A stretch of DNA of 64,000 bases from Bacteroidia bacterium. GTDB lineage: Bacteria; Bacteroidota; Bacteroidia; M30B66. Position 1 is the first letter of the stretch; each line of letters begins with the position of its first letter. Positions 56,606 through 64,000 of this stretch are shown piece after piece. Position numbers and translations under genes: made by a program. The notes under the pieces were generated by a model that searched no databases, was not told the origin of the DNA, and saw only the letters and a program-made list of their open reading frames with translations. The stretch lies in contig OZ257142.1 in NCBI GenBank assembly GCA_965279035.1, forward strand, positions 1,760,001 through 1,824,000. The letters are read 5' to 3'.

Positions 56606-58039
56606 TTACAAATTCGTAATTCTTTTTCTCCTCCTAAAACCAATCGTCAAAAAAATCAATTGCAATAAAATTCCAGGTAAATAATATCGGTTATGAATCA
56701 CTTCTAAGGAACACGCTGCCAGCGACATTGCCAAGGGAACACTCATCAATAAAACCAGAATTGGATCAATGCTACGATATAAATACATGCGTAGAATTTC
56801 TAAGCCAATTAACAGGATATAAATTCCATAAAAAAGCATGTATAAATAGTGATTATTCATTTTTAAAAAAGCAGTATTCCAATAACTATACATCCAAATC
56901 ATACGATTTGAATAGCTATTTAATCCAATAGATTGCTCATTGATTTTATCTAACAAGGGTTGATGATGTTGAGATTGATACTGTTTAATAAATTCGCGAT
57001 ACTCTTGTGCGCTGCTATAAATACACAGACTTTCTTGTTGTTCGGTCGGTAAAGTCCACAATCCGCGTTGGAGTGAAATGGATAGGTAATTTACCGGATC
57101 GGCTTTAATTCCATCCCAACAAACATGCATGCAATACTCTTGAATTTCTTTGGGTTTTAATCCTTTGTGCGAAAGCTGTGAGGTAATGTCCCACCAATGT
57201 CCACTTTGGGCAACAAAGGTTGCATCGTGTAGCTGTCTTTTCATATTAAAAGTAGCTGCAGAACGATTTGGATCGTAGCCATCTTCATGCACTACACGGT
57301 TCCATAAATTCCAGGAAAACCCTTCACGTAAGGACCATGTATTATATACTACATGATTAAATCCCGATTGAATGAAAGGGAAAATTAAAAAGCAAGCAGC
57401 AGCCAATGTTAAACGAATGCGATGTAGTTTGAAATACGGATGAAACAATAAAACAAGGAAGACAATAGGTAGCATTACACCCGCAACTGGTCGCACCAAA
57501 AAGGTATATCCGCTTAAGCAAAATGCAAGAATAATCCAGGTGTTCTTATGTTTCAACACTCCACATTGGAAGCAATATAGGCTAGCCAATAAACAGGTGA
57601 TGAACCATGTTTCGGACATCAGCAAATGCGCATAATTGAAAAAAGGGATGTAGCACAAATAAGCTATCACGGTAAAGTTACATGCGGTTGTAGATGTATA
57701 ATTTCGACAAATCAACCAAATAAAACGAGCTGAAGCGAGGTAAGCAATAAATTGAATTTGCAGCACCGACTGAGCAAACGAACACTGGAAAATGGTACTA
57801 ACTAATTCTGCGATGTATAATAAAAACGGATAACCTAGAGGACAGTAATATAATATGGGTTCTTGAAACGACGGATAAAGTTCTTCCTGAATCCAAATTC
57901 CTTCGAATAAAAAATGTTTGTACATATAATACCAAGCCGGATCGTTCAAGAAATGTGGCATAAGAGGAATTCCACCATGCAAAACACATTGAACTAAAAT
58001 GGTACTAACTAATAAATAGGAACTTACCTTTTTCAACAT
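56606..58039 (-). CDS. Polytopic membrane protein, probable GT-C (ArnT/GT39-like) glycosyltransferase
   Basis: ND..WY, PLGYPFL, LMSET, LVRP, RYYLP motifs; multiple TM helices. Confidence 0.65.
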   Translation of the reverse strand: MLKKVSSYLLVSTILVQCVLHGGIPLMPHFLNDPAWYYMYKHFLFEGIWIQEELYPSFQEPILYYCPLGYPFLLYIAELVSTIFQCSFAQSVLQIQFIAYLASARFIWLICRNYTSTTACNFTVIAYLCYIPFFNYAHLLMSETWFITCLLASLYCFQCGVLKHKNTWIILAFCLSGYTFLVRPVAGVMLPIVFLVLLFHPYFKLHRIRLTLAAACFLIFPFIQSGFNHVVYNTWSLREGFSWNLWNRVVHEDGYDPNRSAATFNMKRQLHDATFVAQSGHWWDITSQLSHKGLKPKEIQEYCMHVCWDGIKADPVNYLSISLQRGLWTLPTEQQESLCIYSSAQEYREFIKQYQSQHHQPLLDKINEQSIGLNSYSNRMIWMYSYWNTAFLKMNNHYLYMLFYGIYILLIGLEILRMYLYRSIDPILVLLMSVPLAMSLAACSLEVIHNRYYLPGILLQLIFLTIGFRRRKRITNL

Positions 58040-58106
58040 CAAGTTTCGAAAATACGATTTCTATTTTGGCATAGTCATTGAAAACGCAAAATCAAATTCA
58101 ATGGTT

Positions 58107-58889
58107 ATGAAAACACAACTCCTCTCCCTCTCAGCGCTTATTGCAAGTAGTCTTGTAGCTCAAGCGCAAGTAGTAGTTCAACAACAAACTACCACCTACA
58201 CCAATACACCGGGCGTTCAGTTGCAAGTAAATGCTTGGAATCCCTTAATTCAACAACCTCAATATTATTCAGTATGGGATGCAATCACTAATCAATATAT
58301 TTTAGTTCCAGTTACTCAACAACAACAAATTGTTTATACCGATCAATACGGAAATCCCATTCAATCTCAAGTTACTTATTACACCGACCAATATGGGAAC
58401 CAAATTCAACAACAAACCACTTCAAGCGTAAATTATTATCCTCAACCCAATCAACCAATCGTTTATGTGGATCAGTTTGGAAATCCAATTCAACAACAAC
58501 AGCAAGTTATTTATACCGATCCATATTCAAACCCAGTTCGTCCAAGCGTAATTTCTGCTCAACCAATACAAGCCAATACCTGTGCTCCAGTTAACACCGC
58601 GTATCCAATGAGTCAGGCCGATTTTAATAATGCATTAGCTAATATTCACAATCAAAGTTTTGAGTCAACTCGTATCACCGTTGCTAAACAAATGTTAGCA
58701 GGAAATTGGGTTACTTCTGATCAGGTTCGACAAATGATGCGACAAATGAATTTCGAAGACAGTCGCATTGAAATTGCCCGTTTCGCTTACAATCGAGTGG
58801 TTGATCCACAAAATTATTACCTCGTGAATAATGGATTCACATTTAGTTCTAGTGTAGATCAACTCAATCAATACCTTTTCGGTCGCTGA
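58107..58889 (+). CDS. Exported DUF4476-domain protein with Gln-rich repetitive N-terminal region
   Basis: Signal peptide; C-terminal MSQADF...SFESTR...FEDSRIEIARFAY..VVDPQNY; start at 58101 or 58107. Confidence 0.85.
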   Translation: MKTQLLSLSALIASSLVAQAQVVVQQQTTTYTNTPGVQLQVNAWNPLIQQPQYYSVWDAITNQYILVPVTQQQQIVYTDQYGNPIQSQVTYYTDQYGNQIQQQTTSSVNYYPQPNQPIVYVDQFGNPIQQQQQVIYTDPYSNPVRPSVISAQPIQANTCAPVNTAYPMSQADFNNALANIHNQSFESTRITVAKQMLAGNWVTSDQVRQMMRQMNFEDSRIEIARFAYNRVVDPQNYYLVNNGFTFSSSVDQLNQYLFGR

Positions 58890-58915
58890 CCGTCGCTATA
58901 TATCCATCCACGTTT

Positions 58916-58942
58916 AAAAGCTGCTTTCGGGCGGCTTTTTTT
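58916..58942 (+). terminator. Rho-independent terminator
   Basis: aaaagctgct-ttcg-ggcggctttt followed by T tract. Confidence 0.85.
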
Positions 58943-58982
58943 ATGTTTGTCAACTTTTACATTAATAAATGGTTTATCCTGA

Positions 58983-59813
58983 ATGAAAAATAATACATGG
59001 TTTATTACGGGTGTTTCTGGTGGATTTGGAAAAGCGCTAGCCGAAGAATTAATTCACCAAGGAAAGCAAGTCGTTGCTACGTTTCGTAAACAAGAGCAAG
59101 CTCAAGCTTTTGAATTAAAATATGGTTCTCAAGTTCGTGCTATCATACTTGATGTAAATAATTCAAATACAATTCATGAAGCTGTTTCAGCATCTTGGAA
59201 TTATTTCTCGGGTATTGATGTGGTTGTGAATAATGCCGGATATGGTTTGACTGGAGCGATTGAAGAAGCATCTGAAAAAGAAGTTCGTGCCCAAATGGAA
59301 ACGAATTTTTTCGGAGCACTTTTCATTACTCAGGCATTTCTTCCCTTTTTTAGAATTCAAGGACATGGAACGTTTGTACAAATTTCTTCGCAGGCAGGAA
59401 TTAGCAGTACTGCCGGACTCGGGATATATAATTCCAGTAAATTTGCGCTTGAAGGTTTTTCCGAAGCATTATCCAAAGAAGCTTCTCATTTAGGAATTCG
59501 TGTTTTGATTGTTGAGCCAGGACCTTTTAGAACCGACTGGGCAGGTAATTCGATGGTTTTTGCAAACAATGAAATTGCTGCATACGATTCAACTTCAGGT
59601 GTAATGCGTCGCCGTTTAAATCAGCTTTCTGGTAATCAACCTGGTGATCCAATCAAAGGAGCTCAAGCAATTATTTCGGTTGTAGATGCAGATGCGATCC
59701 CTTTGAGACTTACTTTAGGGAAAATTGCCGTTGATATTGTTCGTGCTAAAATCAAGCAAGTTGAAAAAGACATTGAGCATTTTGAAAACATCAGTCGCTC
59801 TGCTGATTTTTAA
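58983..59813 (+). CDS. Short-chain dehydrogenase/reductase (SDR)
   Basis: ITGVSGGFG, NNAG, YNSSK, VEPGPFRT. Confidence 0.95.
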   Translation: MKNNTWFITGVSGGFGKALAEELIHQGKQVVATFRKQEQAQAFELKYGSQVRAIILDVNNSNTIHEAVSASWNYFSGIDVVVNNAGYGLTGAIEEASEKEVRAQMETNFFGALFITQAFLPFFRIQGHGTFVQISSQAGISSTAGLGIYNSSKFALEGFSEALSKEASHLGIRVLIVEPGPFRTDWAGNSMVFANNEIAAYDSTSGVMRRRLNQLSGNQPGDPIKGAQAIISVVDADAIPLRLTLGKIAVDIVRAKIKQVEKDIEHFENISRSADF

Positions 59814-59830
59814 TTTTATTTTGAATTGAT

Positions 59831-60052
59831 ATGAATCATCAGATAAATAATCCGCTTCACGGTATTACTTTAGAGAATATCATTGTAGCTCTTGAAAAAG
59901 AATACGGATGGGAAACTCTATCAAACAAAATTCGGATTAATTGTTTTTATGAAAATCCCAGCGTTTCGTCTAGCTTAAAATTTTTGCGCAAAACACCTTG
60001 GGCAAGAAGCAAAGTGGAAGAATTGTATATCCAAATGATTCAAGAAAAATAA
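59831..60052 (+). CDS. VF530-family (DUF2132) small protein
   Basis: NPLHGITLE...YGW...[25 protein letters not shown]. Confidence 0.9.
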   Translation: MNHQINNPLHGITLENIIVALEKEYGWETLSNKIRINCFYENPSVSSSLKFLRKTPWARSKVEELYIQMIQEK

Positions 60053-60089
60053 GGTTGAGTTTGATTCTAGATAAGATCATTTAATAAAT

Positions 60090-60129
60090 AAAAAATCCCC
60101 GGCTTTAGAAATAAAACCGGGGATTTTTA
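60090..60129. terminator. Bidirectional rho-independent terminator
   Basis: aaaaatccccgg / ccggggattttt between convergent genes. Confidence 0.88.
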
Positions 60130-60143
60130 TTCGTGATGATTTC

Positions 60144-63100
60144 TTATCGAATGATCAATTTACCACTGGCTTCTGATTTCTTAGAAGTCACTTTGTAGTA
60201 GTACATTCCAGCAGCATATCCATGAGCATCAAACACCGTTGCTTTTCCAGATTCTGCATTTAATTCGGCAACAATTTCTCCCAATACATTGTAAATCTGA
60301 ATCCGTGAATTTCCATTATCTGGAGTATTCACAAAGAACTGAGTGCTACCATTAAATGGATTCGGATATACACTCACCATCGTTCCATTTTGAACATTTT
60401 CTAGTCCTGCAGAACGATCAATAGTATGAACCGTTGTATTTGTTCTCACAGGAACATTAAAATCGAAATAGATATCAGCAAAATTATTTAAGACTGTTCC
60501 ATCCAACTGATTCTGAACAGGATCAATACTAAACGATACAAAGCCAATGCTACCAATTGGATCGGAAGTGCTATCGGGTAACATGATGTTATTAAATGTC
60601 CAACGAATGACACGCGTTGCTTGATCAATTTGAACGCTATAATTATCTGAAGCGGCAACCATGCTAAATGTTTCAATTAAGAAATCATCGCTAAGTGTAT
60701 CAACCAATACTACATTCACCGCAGGAGCCATTCCCGTATTTTGGAAACGAATAGTATACGATAAACGAGTATTTGGAAGAATACTTCCTTCTTCTCCTAT
60801 ACCAGCTGGTACTCCTTGTTTATCGTTTGGATCCCAAGAACCAACAACCACTTGATGTAATGTATCAATGTTGTTCGAGGGATAACTATCATTCAAAGGT
60901 GTAACTACGACTGTATTATTTACAGGCGTACCCAATACAAGTGAAGTAGGAGCAGGGGTGTTTTGATAGATATAAGTACATTGTCCAGGAGCAAGGTTAG
61001 TAAACGTCCAACTAGCTGTATTTCCAGCTGCATTAAACGTTGTTGGTGCTGGACTAAATACACCCGCACTGCTGATTGCTAATTGTGGATCCCAATAGTA
61101 ATTAAACGTTCCCGATTGTGCTGTTACTCCATTGTTGCAATAACTTAAATACGTCATAACCGGAAAACCTGGAGTGACAGTAGATATATGCGTAATAGAG
61201 GCCGATAGATCTTGTAAATTAGGATCAGCCCACAATCCGAAGTTATAACCACTGTATGTTTGACCAATGGTGTTTGCAATAACATTGTATGTATAAGGTG
61301 AAGCTGGAACTGAATACGAATATCCATTTCCAGGATACATGAGGCTGATCATATACGTTCCGGGGATGATGTTCAACATATAATGTCCATTGTAATCAGT
61401 ATAGGTCCAGTAATTACCAATTTGAATGGCTTTGTAAGGTGCACCGGTTTCTCCTGTATCTTGAACTCCATTGTTATTGGCATCGTAAAATACATTTCCA
61501 CTAATAACTACTGCCTGATTCTGATAACCGAAATCAAATCCTGTTTGATCAGCAGTTCCAGTTGTACTGAAAGTATATCCACCACCTATCGAAGGAAGTG
61601 TTGGAACATATAAGTTTTGCCATATATACGATGTAATTGAATAATTTCCTGCAAATACATCAAATGAATAATGACCACTTGAATCGGTTGTCGTCCAAAT
61701 ACATGAAGTAGAATCTTGGATTGATCCCGTATTCAAACACAATTGTACATACGAATTGATAAACGGATTTTCATTCGGTTCGAATAATCCATTTCCATTT
61801 GCATCATCCCAAACATAACCTGAAACATTATCCGAATTCAATGTTCCCAAATCAATATTCACACAGGCGCTGTCCATACAAACTCCATCTGCATACACAC
61901 ATATTTGATGAACTCCAGCTGTGAGATAAGTTATTTCAGCTTGTCCATTTACTATTTGTTGCCATGATTGATCACTCGACAATGAATAATAAAGTTGTGG
62001 ATCAAGATTGTTTACTATAACACTAACCGTATTTCCAGTTATCTGAGTTGTTAAATCAATTTGATAGGTACAAGGAACATCAACATATAAACAAGTTTGT
62101 TCGCTACAACCTAAAGAATTTACTGCCGTTAAACACAGTTGGTGATTTCCTTCTGGCATTGGGTAATTAAAACTTGCAGTTGTATTAGAAAGTGGAGCGC
62201 CATCCAAAGACCAACTGTAAGAAGTCCATGATTGGGCACTTGTTGAGCTAATTTGCCAGCTACCATTGTTTTGATTTACTGCAGCAATAGATAAATCGGT
62301 ACAAGAAATTTGAGCATTCCAGCCATTACTTACTACAGTGAAATCAGATGTAAAATGAAATGTTAATGATCCATCATTTGCTGTGGAAGTATAACTAATC
62401 GGACCCGTGATTGCTCCATTTAAGTTTGCTAAAATTTGACTTGAAGTAGATTGCCCATTATGAATAGCTAAATAATCATAATTGGTTTCTAAATCATACG
62501 AATTAAATGTAACGCGCAATTTTGAGCCAGGTGTTGAAGGATAAAGTGTCAACGTATAGTTTTCATTATTCAAATACGCCGCAGATAAATTACCGGAATC
62601 AAAAAATTGAGCATTGCAAGTAGTTTGATTTCCAGTATGCATCAGTAATTGTGGGCCTCCTGTTTGTGTGCATCCTACATATACAACACCCGTTACCACT
62701 TGGTTACATCCACAATTATCGCTTACAGTTAATATAACTGAATAGCTTCCAGGTTGAGTATAAGTAGCCGTAAAGGATGGTCCAGCTCCTGTTTGATTTT
62801 GGGTTTGCCATAAATACGTGTAAATTCCACATCCACCATTTATTAGTGGGGTAAACGTTGCAGTAAGTCCATTGGTTGTGGATATAATTTGAGGGAAGAA
62901 ATTAACACATGGATTAATGGTAATCTGTTGGCAATATTGTCCCGAACAACCATTTACATCAGTCACAGTTAAACAAGCTGTATATGTACCTGGGAAAGGA
63001 TAATTATATATTGATCCTCCGGTATCGGCTGTAACAACAGTACCATCTCCATAATTCCAAGTATAGGTATAGGGTGCTTGTCCACCAGAAACACTTGGGT

Positions 63101-64000
63101 AGAATTCAAAAACATTACCACCAAAGCCATACGATTGAAAGGAAACAGGAAGGGATAAACACGAAGTAGTAACAACGGGTTGACAAAGTGTATCGGTGCA
63201 ACCATTGGCATCAGTTGCAGTTAAACATAAAAGGTATGTTTGATTCACGTTGTTATAGTGGTGAGTTGCAGTAAATGCAGATGTTAAAATTGCATCTTGG
63301 ATTGCTCCATCGCCATAATCAATATGCAAAAGAACCGGCAAAGCAGATGTATTACTAAATACGACTAATGCTAAATCTTGTTGATTAATTTGTGGTTGAG
63401 CAGTAATGAAATTGTTTGCACATGGACCATTCGTTATGTTAAATGAATTACAAGTAGTATCAGTGCAACCGTTAGCGTCAGTTACAGTAAGGCAAACCGA
63501 ATAATATCCAGTAGGAAATGTTTGTTCAACCATTGGTGCAGTAGAAATGAAGCCGTTACTGAAAACCCATTCGTATGTAATGGGTAATACAGCATTGCTT
63601 ACTTCAACACTATCTAATATGACTAAGCCATTCGGAAGTGCTGTGGTTAAATAAGTTGTATTGATGTTACAGTTAACACCGCTATTCACTTGGATGGTAT
63701 AAATTCCATAGGCACACCAACTCGTTTGAAGAGAATCGTAAATTGTTAGTTCAACAATATAAACTCCATTGTTCGGATAAAAGTGAGTAGGGAATTGGCC
63801 GTAACTTGAAGAACCATCGCCAAAATTCCATACATAAATTGAATTACCAGAAGGAGCTTGGATTGTAGTTCCTACACTAATCGTATTGCCGTTTTGTTGG
63901 AGCAAATCGATAGGGGCGGAGGTCTGACATTGAGAAAACGCAGGAGCTGCGAAAGCCATCAGAGCAAGAATGACCGAAAATACGTAGCGATTGAATTGCA
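60144..64000 (-). CDS. T9SS type A protein with PKD repeats, CUB domain, SdrD-B-like domains and GSWDPNDK (DUF7619-like) domain; start codon probably straddles the window edge
   Basis: Frame open to the edge (xTG Q F N R Y V F S V I L A L M); WNFGDG PKD motifs; FDSG...LETNYDYL...GWNA CUB; GYVWDDANGNG; VYPNPF...GKLII. Confidence 0.9.
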   Translation of the reverse strand, partial: QFNRYVFSVILALMAFAAPAFSQCQTSAPIDLLQQNGNTISVGTTIQAPSGNSIYVWNFGDGSSSYGQFPTHFYPNNGVYIVELTIYDSLQTSWCAYGIYTIQVNSGVNCNINTTYLTTALPNGLVILDSVEVSNAVLPITYEWVFSNGFISTAPMVEQTFPTGYYSVCLTVTDANGCTDTTCNSFNITNGPCANNFITAQPQINQQDLALVVFSNTSALPVLLHIDYGDGAIQDAILTSAFTATHHYNNVNQTYLLCLTATDANGCTDTLCQPVVTTSCLSLPVSFQSYGFGGNVFEFYPSVSGGQAPYTYTWNYGDGTVVTADTGGSIYNYPFPGTYTACLTVTDVNGCSGQYCQQITINPCVNFFPQIISTTNGLTATFTPLINGGCGIYTYLWQTQNQTGAGPSFTATYTQPGSYSVILTVSDNCGCNQVVTGVVYVGCTQTGGPQLLMHTGNQTTCNAQFFDSGNLSAAYLNNENYTLTLYPSTPGSKLRVTFNSYDLETNYDYLAIHNGQSTSSQILANLNGAITGPISYTSTANDGSLTFHFTSDFTVVSNGWNAQISCTDLSIAAVNQNNGSWQISSTSAQSWTSYSWSLDGAPLSNTTASFNYPMPEGNHQLCLTAVNSLGCSEQTCLYVDVPCTYQIDLTTQITGNTVSVIVNNLDPQLYYSLSSDQSWQQIVNGQAEITYLTAGVHQICVYADGVCMDSACVNIDLGTLNSDNVSGYVWDDANGNGLFEPNENPFINSYVQLCLNTGSIQDSTSCIWTTTDSSGHYSFDVFAGNYSITSYIWQNLYVPTLPSIGGGYTFSTTGTADQTGFDFGYQNQAVVISGNVFYDANNNGVQDTGETGAPYKAIQIGNYWTYTDYNGHYMLNIIPGTYMISLMYPGNGYSYSVPASPYTYNVIANTIGQTYSGYNFGLWADPNLQDLSASITHISTVTPGFPVMTYLSYCNNGVTAQSGTFNYYWDPQLAISSAGVFSPAPTTFNAAGNTASWTFTNLAPGQCTYIYQNTPAPTSLVLGTPVNNTVVVTPLNDSYPSNNIDTLHQVVVGSWDPNDKQGVPAGIGEEGSILPNTRLSYTIRFQNTGMAPAVNVVLVDTLSDDFLIETFSMVAASDNYSVQIDQATRVIRWTFNNIMLPDSTSDPIGSIGFVSFSIDPVQNQLDGTVLNNFADIYFDFNVPVRTNTTVHTIDRSAGLENVQNGTMVSVYPNPFNGSTQFFVNTPDNGNSRIQIYNVLGEIVAELNAESGKATVFDAHGYAAGMYYYKVTSKKSEASGKLIIR

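Overview
64-kb chromosomal window from a member of the Bacteroidota. The assignment rests on TAnnTTTG -7 promoter elements, a PorP/SprF gene and seven proteins with type IX secretion (T9SS) C-terminal sorting domains, one of them a 3911-aa repetitive giant. Housekeeping genes (ade, folE, queD, clpS, plsY, tRNA-Arg(ACG)) are interspersed with two TonB-dependent receptors, an ECF sigma/anti-sigma/outer-membrane-protein module, two GT-C-type membrane glycosyltransferases and five IS copies (two of one IS4-family element, one of a second IS4-family element, two of an IS3-family element with a -1 frameshift site). The non-coding DNA holds a modular, nested intergenic repeat family at four loci (including an exact 3 x 200-bp tandem array), two Flavo-1-like structured RNAs, heptamer tandem repeats hit by one IS4 element, a phased triple inverted-repeat array ahead of an XRE-HTH gene and possible decayed cassette-like spacers. 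The best candidate for an undescribed system is a His/CxxC-rich upstream ORF ending in KGPP directly before a TonB-dependent receptor operon; it resembles DUF2946/CruR-type ribosome-arrest regulators but has Lys in place of the canonical Arg. All family calls come from motif recognition by eye, not database searches.
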